Assembly (NCBI GenBank): GCA_002269645.1
Contig: NIVC01004851.1
Span: forward strand, 1-33,334
Source: Macrostomum lignano
Lineage: Eukaryota
DNA length: 33,334 nt
Direction: 5' to 3'
Positions 1 to 11,835 of the stretch are shown piece after piece. The notes under the pieces were generated by a model, which was not told where the DNA came from, made no database searches, and saw only the letters and a list, made by a program, of their open reading frames with translations. A program made the position numbers and the translations under genes. Position 1 is the first letter of the stretch. Each line of letters begins with the position of its first letter.

Positions 1-386
1 GGATGCTACAGAGAGCCAACCGGTGAGATAGCAGTCTCGTGTCCGCGACCCAGCTTGTCCTACGAGTTCGGCCTTTCTCAGTACGACTGCCTCATTTGGG
101 ACGCTTCCCTAGAGATCTGGACAAAGCCGACAACTGGAGGATCCTGCACTGTTGAAGCGTCTGAAGTGCCAAAACGCGACCAAGATTTGTCAGCAACCTG
201 TTCGGCAGCCTTGGCGCAGGAATGAACGTGCTGCCGAATCTGATCGATTTTGGTACCTTGTTCGACAATTGGCAGGGCAAACTTGCCGACAGCGCCGCAG
301 TACTTGGCACTGTGGTGGCCTTGTGGGTCATATTCATCCCAATTGCCATCTGGTTGCGCCGCGTGGACAACAAAGATAAGCAAAAG
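1..386 (+). CDS. PKD1L exon: GPS/GAIN end and TM1
   Basis: Frame 1 reads SQYDCLIWDASLEIWTKPTTGGSCTVEAS. Frame 3 reads SNLFGSLGAGMNVLPNLIDF...VLGTVVALWVIFIPIAIWLRRVDNKDKQK. Donor GT at 387. Confidence 0.8.
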
Positions 387-3300
387 GTGATTTTTAAAAC
401 TATGCCAGAGATATCAGCAAGCAGAGTTACAAAAAGGATAAGAAGTGTAAGGACCAAACATAGGACCGAGAGCGGTCATTGTCAGGTCCAACTGACCAAA
501 GCTTCTTGCAAGCAAAACAATTTTTTATTAATCCATACACTAAAATTTAAACAAATACACTAATTAAGAAATTGAGCAATTTATATTAATCAAAATGAAT
601 ATTTGGTTTGCTTGAGACTGACTTTGGCAATTTTTCAGAGACCATGACACATTCTTGGTCGTTTTCGTTGTGCATTGGTATTTAAAAACAAACCCTTTCG
701 TTAATTCATCCTAAAATCACTTTCTGATTTTTTTAAATAATAATATACTATACTACTTGAACTGAAAGCACAACCTTGAAATTACGCTTCATGCAGATCT
801 CTAGTTTAAAAACGCTCATTTGCCCTCTGTTCTGATTTTTAGTTCGTGTACCTACCCCTGATCGACGACCAGAAGGAGCAGTTTGTCTACAAAATCGATG
901 TGTACACCGCTAGCGAAAAACGAAAAGGTGGAACGAAAGGCTGTCCAATAATGTCGGTTACTGGCGAGCTTCACAGAGAAGCTCTTCGAGTACTGTCCGA
1001 CGGAATTCGAGAGGTGAGCTTATCGAAGTCTGAAATACTATAACCTAAGATCAGTAATCAGTTTGCATGTATCCATTCGTACGGTTGTGATTTTGCAGAA
1101 CTTCAAAGCAGGTGACATAAATCATTTCACAATGACAACACCGAAGCATCTTGGTGACATTCTTGAGATTGAGCTTTCACTGGAAGGTCCAAAAACAGTT
1201 ACGCCATGGCTTTTAAGAAGAGTTATTATCACGGACATGTCGTGCAATGTCAGGTATGTTCTCAAATACATGCAAGCATTTGCTTTAACTAGGTTTAACT
1301 AAGTATCCTCTATTTTCAGCTATATCTTCGTCACATCAGAAACGATTCTGCCGCACAAAGAGCCAACTAGCATAGAGCTGGCGAAAAAAGATCAGCTAGC
1401 CTATCTGCAGAATTTTGTGAAGACCAATCTATCAAGAAAGTTTCTGGACGATCACCTTTGGATGTCAGTAGTAAAGCGCAAGACAGACACAAACTTTTCC
1501 AGGCTGCAGAGATTCGGCGTTTGCTTTTGCCTGCTGTTTCTCACTATGATTTCCAATGCCATGTTCTATGGCGTCGGCGAAGGTGGACAGTCAGCCTCGG
1601 ACACCATCACGATTGGACCGATCAAGCTGTCAGTGAACACTCTGTTCACCTCTATGCTGGGTGCCGTAGTCGTTGTGCCCGTGTCAGCTGCTGTTACTAT
1701 TTTCTTTTTGAAATCGAAGAAACGCAAATCAGCTAGCGAGTCGGAGGAGCGGAATTCTTCGAAAGAGACTGGTACTGAACAGCAGTCGGATGCGCAGTGC
1801 GAATCTATCGATGATACGGCAGTCGATCCGGTGAGTACTGTTGAAGCTAAACTTGATTACAGCAGCATAAATTGAAGCGTTTAAAGTTGGTTAATTTTTG
1901 AAAAACTGTTGCGTTTAAAACACTTTAGAACGACCTGGGAATCGTTATTCGACCTAAAAAATGCGCCGATTTGGAGACGCCAGGCACTGAAGGCGGCATC
2001 ATTAATCCAGCTAGTACGCCGCTGGTGCCGCAGCAAAGCGAACTGCCGTCTGCAGGATTCCAGCTGCCGTACTGGTTCCAGTACATCGGCTGGGCCCTTG
2101 TTCTGGGCAGTATGCTGGGGCCGGCGTGTTTCTCGTCTTCTACGCTATGCAATGGGGCAAAGAGAAGTCGCAGCAATGGCTGCTGTCGTTTGTACTGTCC
2201 TTTGTGCAAACTGCCTTTCTGGTGCAGCCGCTAAAGGTGCGAGTTTAATTAGTTTAAAAAATTATATTACATCATGTTAACATCATGTTTGTGTACCGTC
2301 ATAGCATACGCATCAAACTTTCAAAATGATTGGTACTCAATCATGCGGCGCTATGATGGTCCTGCAGACAGCTTGAAACAGCCTCGTAAACATTACATTT
2401 AAACACCGAAGTGATAATTTGCTATCGACTTTCACTCTACAGGTGGCGTTAATTGGATTCATCCTGATCGTACTGTTTCGCAAGGACTACGACGTTGAAA
2501 ACTTCACCCTGATAAGAGTTCGCTACTTCAATGAAACATTGCAGAGAGGTAGGCGCAACTTATAAGGATCAATGTATATCATATCTTGGTTAATACAGAG
2601 TGGGTTATATGCGTATTTGAAATGCTAGCCAACATCTATATTGAAAAAAAAATGCTGCAATATCTCTACCTATAAAAATCAAAACTCTGTGTGTGTGTGT
2701 GTGTGTGTGGACAATTTTGATCGCTATGGACTCCCAAACCGCTCAACCAAATTACACCAAACTTTACACCCACCCTAAACTTACTACGGAGAATGTCTTA
2801 GGCTACCTTTTAATTTCCTAAATTTGAGTCTTCCTACCTAAAAGTGCAAAAAACTGCTCAAAATGCGCAATTTTTTCACTAAATCCTCCATAGCGCCGCT
2901 CCACTTCTACCGATTCTCTTCAAATTTGACACAGATAATCTTAAACTATTTTGGCACAATCATGTAAAATTTCGAGTCTGAAAGTTAATCCTGAACGGCG
3001 CTGTGCACTTTTAAAGTTTGGCTGTTTTTTTCAGCGAGGCAGCCACCCCAACCTCCGCCCGCCTGCCTCTCTTTCCCGATCTGGGCAAAGGGTGTGAGTA
3101 GGTTTTAAAATGCCTAACTTTCGGCTGCCATAGTTTTGCTCCACGTGAAGCGATTGACTTCAAATTTGACACAATTCTTTATTGACTCATTCTCTGCCTA
3201 CATGTAAAGTCTCAACTCTGTATCTCAATCAGGACAGAAACTGTAAGCATGTGAATTTTGTCTGCTTTTTCTGTTGTTTGTGCCTCTCACTCGCTCATTC

Positions 3301-4679
3301 CCCCAGCCCAGACGAAGGGTCAGGCGATAGGACTGAATGTACATAGCAAATGTACAGTGTTTTGGAATAACTTTATTTATAGCCTTCTCTGCACCCCGAG
3401 AGTGGAGAGGCTACGTTTAGCCATGACGGTTTAGTGAGAAATTCTAACCACTGCCCTCCCCTCTGTATTGGCAAACTCTGCAGCAGTTTAACAGTGGATG
3501 GCAATTGGCAATTGGCTAATCGAAGGAATCCAGCATGGTTTGTAAAAGCGAAAGATTTATGAAAAGGCGATGCGATGCAATGAAATACAACCCTACTAAA
3601 TTAGGCACACCATTGAAATTTTAAGTTTCTCTTAAAAGTACTTTGAAATTTAAATGGCCTAAGAAATGCATATTTCATTGGTTGTTAGACTGATGCAGAC
3701 TGCAGTGGAGCTGAAAATACACAAATTCCTTTCAGGGCTGCAAATTGGCAAGAAAGATGACGTGATCAAAGCATGAGAATAACGATGAGAGTAGTACGTC
3801 CCACAAACTGGCTTTCGAAGCAGGGATCGGCAGACTTTTACTTCAAAAGCCAGATAAAGAATCCAGCTTATGTGCGGGCCAGATGAGAGTGGAAAGGAAG
3901 GAATAGACTATTAGAAGAGAGGAGAGGCGAGACGGGGATAAGAGAAAACATGGAAGATAAGAGGAGAGACAAGTGGTGAGGAGAGAGCAGAGAAGAAGGG
4001 AGGAAGAAGCGAGAGGAGGGGAGAAAGGAGGGAGAGGAAAGAGTAAAGGTGAGAAGAGGGGAGAGATGAGACAGAGGATCGATGAGAGGAGAGTAGAGAA
4101 GAGTGAGAAGAGAGTAGAGATGAGAGAGCAGAAAGAAGATGACAGAGGGTCAAGAGGAGAGGAGAGAGTAGAAAGGATAGAGAAGAGAGGAGATAAGAGG
4201 GGGAGAGAGGAGTGAGAAGAGAAGAGATAGAGATAAGAGAGGGGTGTAAGAAGAGGGGAGAAAGGAGAGATGAGATTGTAGAGATGAGACAAATGAAATG
4301 AGAGATGAGAGAGTAAAGATGAGAGATGAAAAAGGTGAGAGGAGAGTGCAGAGAGACGAGAGAAGATATTAGAGGAGAGAGAGTATAGAAGAGGGAAGAG
4401 AAAAGAAGAGCGGAGTAAGGAAAGAGAGGAGTCAGAAGAGGTGAAAGAGAAGAGTACAGAGGAGATAAGTGAGAGAACGTATTAGAGAGTAAAGATGACA
4501 GATGAGAGAGCAGAGATGAGGGTGAACAGACGAGAGATGGGAGAGTAGAGAGAACAGAGGAGAGATAAGAGAGAAGAGATTACAGAGACTAGAGGAGAGA
4601 GGAGAGACAGGGAGAGAAGAGGAAATAGGAGAATGAAGAAGGGAGAGAGTAGAGAGGAGAAGAGAGATGGGAGAGGAGA

Positions 4680-4775
<96 letters not shown>

Positions 4776-5220
4776 GAGCAGAGAGAAACGAGAAGAGATA
4801 AGAGAGAAAAGATAAAAGAAGAGAAAGGAGAAATAAAAACGCAGACAAGAGAGAAGAGAGGTGAGGGAAGAGACGAGCGACGAGGGGAGAGAGAAGAGAT
4901 AAAACAAGAAAAGAAATGAGAGGAGAGAGAGGAAAGAGGTGAGAGAAGAGACGAGAGAAGAGGGGAGAGAGGAGAGAGAGGAGAAGAGAGAAAACGAAAA
5001 AGTAGAGAGGAGAGAGGAGAGGAGAGAGAAAAGAAAAGGGAAGAGATGAGATAAGAGATATGAAAGAGAAGAGAGATGAGGGAAGATACGAAAGAAGATA
5101 GGAGAGAGGAGAGGAGAGAGGAGAGACAAAGGTAGAGAAGTGAGTGAGGAGAGAGGAGAGGAAAGAGGAGAATGGAGAGGGTAGAGAGTAGAGAGAGGAG
5201 GAGAGATAAGAGAGAAAAAC

Positions 5221-5285
<65 letters not shown>

Positions 5286-8200
5286 AGAGATAAGAGAGAG
5301 AGACAGAGAAGAGAGAGAGAGAGAGAGAGAGATAGAGAGAGAGAGAAGGGGGAGCAGAGAGAAATGAGAAGAGATAAGAGAGAAAAGATAAAAGAAGAGA
5401 AAGGAAAGATGAGAGAGCAAAGACGAGAGAGAGAAAAGAGGTGAGGGAAGAGACGAGAGAAGAGGGGAGAGATGAGAGATTAGAGGAGAGAGTTAAGAGA
5501 AGAGAGAAAAGAATAGAAAGGAGAAGGAAGATCAGAGAGAAGAGGGGGTGAGAGGAGAGAGGAGAGGGGAGAGAGGAGAGAGGAGAGAGAAAACGAAAAA
5601 GTAGAGAGGAGAGAGGAGAGGAGAGAGAAAAGAAGAGACAAGAGATGAGATAAGAGAGATGAAAGAGAAGAGAGATGAGGGAAGATACGAGAGAAGAGGG
5701 GAGAGAGGAGAGAGGAGAGACGAGGGACGAGAGAGATGAGAGGAAACAAAGAGACGATAGAAATTTTAAAGGATCCAAGGGACGTAGGGAGAGTCAGGGA
5801 GAGACCAGAGTTTAGCAATATATGTTTTAGAGTCAGACAGACATTGCCTGACATTCTGCGCAGTACCCCAGCCAACAATGTCTCAAACCCTAATTTTACA
5901 CGAATGTGCTCCATTTTATGTCTACCTCTATCCTACGAACTATTAACAAGTTTTTGTTTGTGTATGGCCTTAGATTTCAGAATACATGCAAAAATAGTTC
6001 CGGGGATTGGAATTCCCCGGGTTCAAAATCCGCGGGTTTCAACAGCTTGTGTGGTTCTAAAATACTCTTTTCAGAGGGCGTAGCCTTCCTATACGAGCTG
6101 GAGGCGAAAGATCGGCAAAACCCGGTTCGCAAGGCTGCAATCAACGCCACACTGAAGCTGGTCCTCACTGTGCTCTTGCTCCTGCTGCAATACTGCATTT
6201 GCTACGGCAATATCGACCCGGGAATGTTCCGATTGCACAAAAGTGTCAAGACGCACTTGAACTACGACGATTTTGCGTCTGTGACTGGAACTGCTTCCCA
6301 GCTGTACAGCGTAATAAACTCGAGCATCCTACCTGCTGTGTATCCCAGCTCGGCCACGTTCCTCGTCTCCGATGGGTGCGGCTACCGTCTAAGCAGAGTG
6401 TCCGTGCGCCAGCTCCGACGGCGTCGCAACCAGAGTCAGTCAGACTTCATCAGGCCTCCGGACGACGAAACTGGCTGCTTCAGTCCTGGCTGGGCAGACG
6501 AAACTCCGTGCAACTTGTCGGCGTCGCTGCTAGCGCAGGCCTTCATGAACCGGCCGGACGGGGCGCCGTACAACGGGCTGCTGGCCGATTATCGCGGCGG
6601 CGGCTTTGTAGCCCTGCTGCCCGACGGTCTGGGCTCCAGTCAAGCTTTTCTCACCGAACTGAAGCGTTTAAACTGGTTGGACTCGCACACTAAACTTGTG
6701 GTTATTGAGCTTGATCTGTTCTACTCGGATGTGAATTTGTTTACATCAGTTGCTATGGCAACAGAGCTGCAGTCGTTCGGCGGTGCTCAAGCAAGCTCGC
6801 AGTTGCTAAGCACTCGCCTTTACCGCTATGTAGGCGCTGTTGGCGTATTTGCGCTAGTGTCAGAAATTCTGGCCGGCATTCTGACTCTGCTGCGCATCGT
6901 ATTTCTTCTGGTTCAGCTTTGCGATGGCCGCAAGTTCTGGACTAACTTCGAGAACTGGCTCGACATCGGCGTGATCATCTTCATGGTAATCGCCTGTGCG
7001 TTCTACGGGCTCCGCACGGCCGGCACTGGCGGCGCACTGGAGGCAGCAATCAACGGAGGCCGGCCGCAGCTGCGCCAGCTGCTGCTGCTCAACGAGTTCT
7101 TTTTCTATTCACTCGGATTTTCGAGCTTCCTTCTGCAGCTGTCGCTGCTTGGGCTAATCAAATTCAGCTCCAGTTTGGGTCATTTGTTTGGCACTCTGAA
7201 ATCGTCTCTAAGCCACTTGAGCTCGTTTGCCGTCTTCTTCTGTGTGATCTTCTTTGCCTTTTGCTTCTTAATGAACCAGCTGCTTGGCGCAGTGCAGATG
7301 GAGTTCAACTCACCTTTAGGCACCATGTCGACGATGTTCTCAGCCATGTTAGGAAAGTTTGACATGGCCACGGTCAGCAGCCATGGGATGCTTCCAAAGC
7401 TGGCCTTCTCTCTGTACGTCTCCTTTTTGATATTCATCGTTGTCAATCTGTTCGTGGTTATTCTTAACGACAGCTACGAGGGGGCCAAGGACACCGCGCA
7501 GGGCGGCGTCGGTGGCGCGGGCGAATTTCAAATTGTCCAGTTTGTGATGCAGCGACTGCGCGACACGTTCGTTTCTAAGGACTCAAGACAGAGCTACAAG
7601 GATCATGAAGGTTTGCTTTTGCTATTCTGATTTTAACTTCACCAGCACGTGCAGGTTCATTGTGCTTTCTTTTTGTGCACCACTTTTTTGTATTCTCGTA
7701 CCATTTTCACCCAAACGTTGTGAAGACAGTACGCTCGTAGAACAGTAAATTAAATAGCATGTGACGATAATATAGAGGAACAGTTTTAGCCTTAGACAAA
7801 AAAGCTGATAAGCGGTGGGTGAAAGGTAAAAATTACTTTTTGGCATGCTTAAAGTAATTAACTTGGCAAAAGTTTTACCGTAGTAACGACGCTATGTATT
7901 TATGGACAACGTATTGACGTCAAATAAAATATATTTTTTTATGTTCTTTAGGAATAGTCTTTCATAGAAAATCATATTTTAGGTTTGATAGTTTAATATA
8001 CTACCTTTAACTCTGGACGTGTCAAGATCATCTCCGATCCAACGACTGTTACAAGACCACTGTGTGGTAAAGGCTTAAAGGCCTTTCCGGTGGCAAAATC
8101 AGATTCTTGATTCCGTAGGCAATCTAGGAAACTGTTTTCAAGTTTTGTTGCATTGCCCGGTAAAGCAGAAATTTTAGCTTTGAGTAAGTTATATATATGA

Positions 8201-8576
8201 CACCAAGTTGTTAGTGAAATTAGAATTAGCTGCTATTAAATAATGGCAGGCACATTTTCTCACATATGAAGCCAAGCACAACACAAAGTTTTTAATTCTA
8301 ATATTGCGCACATTTTGTTTGACTACAATTGCAACAGCATATTTTTCCACTTCAGATCTGGACAGTACAGTGAACCGAATGAGCACCAAGTTTGGCATCA
8401 TCGATTCGATGCTCAGCAATTACGAACGATCAGATCGAAAATATGACCGGCAGATCTGCCTGTCAATTACCGAGTCCGCTGCCAGCGACTCGTACAGCTG
8501 TAACCGAGACAGCATTGTCAGCGGCTGCTCGAGACGCGACCTGAGCCAAAGCCCCAGCAAAAGGAATGCCATGTGA
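1..8576 (+). CDS. Polycystin-1-like (PKD1L/PKDREJ family) gene, 3' part; 5' end lies outside the window; two apparent 1-nt frameshifts
   Basis: Manually spliced exons 1-386, 843-1013, 1099-1253, 1320-1830, 1929-2236, 2443-2548, 6075-7610 and 8356-8576. All introns are GT-AG and the phases match (0,0,2,0,0,1,1). Domain order is GPS-like (YDCLIWD..W...CTV), PNLIDF+TM1, PLAT, DDHLWMSV..NFSRLQR, further TMs, then the polycystin channel domain. Frame breaks at about 165-190 and 2117-2120. Confidence 0.9.
843..1253 (+). CDS. PKD1L PLAT/LH2 domain exons (843-1013 and 1099-1253)
   Basis: YKIDVYTASEKRKGGTK...RVLSDGIRE joined to NFKAGDINHF...LGDILEIEL...PWLLRRVIITD matches the polycystin PLAT pattern. 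Acceptor AG at 841-842 and 1097-1098; donor GT at 1014 and 1254. Confidence 0.85.
1320..2548 (+). CDS. PKD1L TM-region exons (1320-1830, 1929-2236, 2443-2548)
   Basis: FLDDHLWMSVVKRKTDTNFSRLQRFGVCFCLLFLTMISNAMFYG, then LPYWFQYIGWAL. After a 1-nt shift at the G run 2117-2120 the frame reads FLVFYAMQWGKEKSQQWLLSFVLSFVQTAFLVQPLK|VALIGFILIV, typical of PKD1L TM2-TM5. Confidence 0.85.
2688..3290. repeat. (TG)11 microsatellite followed by an interspersed-repeat-like segment resembling non-autonomous Helitron/Helentron elements
   Basis: (TG)n at 2688-2709, then ...ATGGACTCCCAAACCGCTCAACCAAATT... Internal degenerate repeats TTCAAATTTGACACA...CATGTAAA at about 2919 and 3159. The family assignment comes from general resemblance only. 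Confidence 0.35.
3905..5760 (+). repeat. Purine-rich (GA/GGA/GAA) low-complexity tract with perfect (GA)n cores
   Basis: The plus strand is almost all A/G for about 1.85 kb. Pure (GA)n runs at about 4683-4728 and 5226-5282. Located in PKD1L intron 2549-6074. Confidence 0.97.
6075..7610 (+). CDS. PKD1L large exon: TOP/polycystin cation-channel domain with last TM helices
   Basis: Lies within ORF 5906-7630. Motifs RVSVRQLRR, YRGGGFVALL, NWLDSHTKLVVIELDLF, TRLYRY, NFENWLD, MFSAMLGKF, NLFVVILNDSY. Acceptor ttttcAG at 6073-6074; donor GT at 7611. Confidence 0.92.
8356..8576 (+). CDS. PKD1L probable terminal exon (coiled-coil-like cytoplasmic tail)
   Basis: Acceptor ttccacttcAG at 8354-8355. The phase-1 junction gives D-LDSTVNRMSTKFGIIDSML..., in the frame of ORF 8304-8576, ending at TGA. 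Confidence 0.7.
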
Positions 8577-9724
8577 ACCGTTGACTGTCACTGGATTCTC
8601 CAAATGAAAGACAAAAACTCGCCAAAAAAAACATTTTTAAGTGTTCTTTTAATAGTACAAATTTTTTTGATGCCATCTGAACAAGAATATGAGGGATTGA
8701 AACGTTCTAACCATCGATAATGTTTACACTTTGACCGGTCCCAACTACTACTGTAGCTTCTGTGCAGTAGTGTTGAAAGTACGTAAATACATACGCTGTA
8801 TTAGATTCATATATTCATATATATTGTCGGCTGATTTGCTTTGCATTGAGGTGTCATATTTACAGTATATATTATCGATGGTTTGAATTTCAAGCAATCA
8901 GGTGGAACATGCAGGAAACAACGAATGGCGATTTTTTAAGTGGCGAATATGATTTTGGAAAACTATAACAAACCCATTTCTATTTTTGAAAGTCTTTTTT
9001 TGAACAATATTCGATCTACAAAAACTACACGAATTGATTGCTTCGTTTGTTATAATTGCCTCACGATTTTTTAGACTTTAATTACTTGTAGCTGTGTGCA
9101 GATTGCATCACTATTCGACCAATTAGTCGATCACCTCGATTGTGAAGTTTTGTGACATTTTTCCAACATGCCCACGAAATTGTACCTGCTGATGCTTTAT
9201 TTATTTTTTAAACGGTTAGTTATGAATCATGATTTATGCCTGAAAAGCTAAGGAAGGCTGGATATAAAATTAACACAGTAAAAAATGGAAAAAATGGAAA
9301 CGTTCTGTGCTTATCAGGCATCAATCATCTGAGCCTAAAATAATAATAAATTCCTAATTTTTCCTTTATTTTAAAACAGCTGAAGCCGAAGATGAGATGC
9401 TCAGGAAAATTTTGCTTAAACATTGTTTTCATCGGATTTGTACTTTTTCGAATTCGACTATGCGAATAATATCATTCTATCGGAGAATATTCACTGTCGC
9501 GAAAATTTCCAATATCCATCTGAGTAAAACTCAAAGTATGGCTGCAGCACGGCTCAACCTTAAGTATCAGAAATAATTCCCTTAGTGACCTATTGTCTTC
9601 TATTACAAAGTACTTGAATTTAACTTTTAGAATCGGTAAAAGCCGGTCGACTCCGAGGGCAGAACTCGTGGACTTATTACTGACTGCAGCACTACCCGCA
9701 CCCAAGCCTTCTTACGACACTCTT

Positions 9725-10047
9725 GGTTTTGTTGTTTTTTTAAGTCTCGTGTGAGATCGCCGGTCTACTGTAGCAGCAATGGCTTGAGAGAGCCTTGGCG
9801 ACCGCCCAGATGGCCTTGAGTCGAGTTCAGAGCCTAAACTGCAAGCTGTACTCAGCTCAAATATTGAATCATCAAGCATGTACACTCTCTGTGTCTTGGG
9901 GGCTGGCCCTGTTGAATGTGATTCGTACGACAACCCCAAGTCAATTTTCGTGCACCAGCAGCAAATGAGGATGTTTGCCGCGCACGAAATCCAAACTGAG
10001 GTCGTTGAATTAAAGTCAGACGCGTTTACCACTGAGCTGCTCTGTCC
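9725..10047 (-). mobile_element. Decayed tRNA-derived SINE-like element
   Basis: The minus strand reads GGACAGAGCAGCTCAGTGGTAAACGCGTCTGACTTTAATTCAACGACCTCAGTTTGGATTTC. This has an A-box-like CAGCTCAGTGG, a tRNA-like D/anticodon region and a degenerate B box. An A-rich tail AAAAAAACAACAAAACC lies about 300 nt downstream. Confidence 0.55.
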
Positions 10048-10632
10048 TTCAAGGTGAGTGAACTCATGGAGTGTTTAGTGCGGCGCGCCGATCGCCCAAA
10101 CCAGCTTTTATGGCACAGGGCGGGAATGCTCTGTAGCCTTTTTAGTGGCGGGGACGCGTTACAGGAGGGTAAAAGTTCAGCAGGGTAATCCTAACTGTCA
10201 CAGCTTTCGTTCGATTTTCTCGTGCTTCAAAAAAACTGTTTTATCGTCAACTGCAGCACATGTGAAATCAACAGAAGAAGTTTCGATACTGGGAGTTTTG
10301 ACTAGTCAATATGTTGTGACAAAAAATAAGATTGTATTTTGAAAACAAAAGCAAGGCTTGAGCTTTCTAAGTGGTTTGGGAATCTGCAACCAAAGCTACA
10401 TGTCTGCTTCTATTTTGCAAACTTTTCCTGAAAAATTGACGTAAAGCCTTCTCAAGACTACGAAAATGAAAGGGAATCATCCTTTCAGTATCATCTTTGC
10501 CAGATTTAGAAAGCAAAGCTTTTGAGAAGAGATATTATTGGAAATATTTAATGAAAATTTATGCAAAATATTTACGTTGTCAACACATTCCCGGCTCTAA
10601 ATAGTATTGGTTTTGTCAGCCTAACTGAGAAT

Positions 10633-10892
10633 AAAGCCATCCAAAGTTAGAATCCTGCCTACGCTGACTGCGAAGGGCCTGGCTGCGTGCAGCCTTAGTC
10701 TATGGGCCATAGACTACAAAGGACAAGCAAAGTGACAAAAAGCCATCCAATGTGAGAATCCTGCCTACGCTGACTGCGAAGGGCCTGGCTGCGTGCAGCC
10801 TTAGTCTATGGGCCATAGACTATAAAGGATAAGCAAAGTGATAAAAAGCCATCCAATGTGAGAATCCTGCCTACGCTGAATACGAAGGGCCT
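10633..10892. repeat. 106-bp tandem repeat, about 2.4 copies, two hairpins per unit
   Basis: Units start at 10633, 10739 and 10845 (AAAGCCATCCAA...). Each full unit has GGCTGC-gt-GCAGCC and TAGTCTATGG-g-CCATAGACTA. Confidence 0.95.
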
Positions 10893-11070
10893 AGCAGACG
10901 ACTCTTTGGGCAGTGCATTGAGGGACGGCTGTTTTAACTCTTTACTTTACTGTACTGTATCATCCAGTGTGTTCCTGTTTCCGTTATTCCGTTCAAGCTA
11001 TTGGCTAGTCACATTCTGCTTCCTTACGTTCATTGCTCTTTTTTCGCCTACAGCTGCGGCTTGTAAAAAT

Positions 11071-11835
11071 TTAGCGGCCAAAGATCTCCACTTCGCAGAT
11101 GTTGATTGCATTGTCCATCAAGCTGACTATTCCGAATTTGCTGCCGAAGGCGTTGCACTGGAAGGTGGCGACGGAGAAGCCCGTCGTCATGTTCACTCGG
11201 TAGCACTCAGTGCCGTCCACCTTTAGGGAAAGCTTTCTCAGTCGATAGCCGCAGCAGTACAGCCGGTTGTAGATGGTGAGATGCGAGACGAGGACGGGTC
11301 GGGACAGCTGGGCCTCCCACCAGCCCACCTGACCGTCAGCCATGTGGGTGCAGGATCCATAATCATAGTCCTGGTTTTTATCGCCATGGAATGCTCTTTC
11401 GCAAACTCCACCCATCTGGACTGAGCCCTGGCTGCAGCCGGTGAAGCTCAGTTTCACTGCGTCTAGATTGCAAATTATAGAATACAACTGCAGGATAAGC
11501 GCTGACAGAACTGCATATATGTGCATCGTGCTTTCAAACTCACCATCCCTGACGGTGTAAACATCGCAGACACCCGAATTTATCCAGGCGTCACTGTGGA
11601 AAGCATTGAAGTTGAAAAATCTGCACAGACCCTGCATCAGCCAGCTGAAGGCATAGCAGTCAGATCTCAGACTGCACAGCTCGGTGCATTTCAGCCTGCC
11701 GATGCCAGTCAGAGTCTCCATGGCAACCGGAGTCGAGTTGCTCCTCATTTTGACAGCCCTGAACACAACTCGAGCTGCAATGGGCCCAGACAGCAAAGCT
11801 GAGCAGAGCAGCAAAATCAGATGCCATCTCTGCAT
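11071..11835 (-). CDS. Secreted PAN/apple domain + F-type lectin (fucolectin/FTP, F5/8-like) protein
   Basis: ATG at 11835 starts a signal peptide MQRWHLILLLCSALLSGPIAA. PAN-like C-x3-C-x5-C-x10-C follows. The FTP domain reads GSCTHM...GWWEAQL...IYNRLYCCGYRL...INICEVEIFG. Probable 81-nt in-frame intron at 11463-11543 (GTGAGT...AATCTAG). Confidence 0.85.
   Translation of the reverse strand: MQRWHLILLLCSALLSGPIAARVVFRAVKMRSNSTPVAMETLTGIGRLKCTELCSLRSDCYAFSWLMQGLCRFFNFNAFHSDAWINSGVCDVYTVRDGEFESTMHIYAVLSALILQLYSIICNLDAVKLSFTGCSQGSVQMGGVCERAFHGDKNQDYDYGSCTHMADGQVGWWEAQLSRPVLVSHLTIYNRLYCCGYRLRKLSLKVDGTECYRVNMTTGFSVATFQCNAFGSKFGIVSLMDNAINICEVEIFGR

Noticed and set aside
3843-5914. Long ORFs (up to 448 aa) rich in S/L or E/R
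   Set aside because: These are translations of the GA/TC low-complexity tract inside a PKD1L intron.
9712-10032. 106-aa minus-strand ORF and possible tRNA gene
   Set aside because: The sequence overlaps a decayed tRNA-like SINE head. It has no intact cloverleaf or B box and no protein family signature.
10633-10892. CRISPR-like array of palindromic repeats
   Set aside because: Whole 106-bp units repeat with no unique spacers, there are no cas genes, and the context is eukaryotic.
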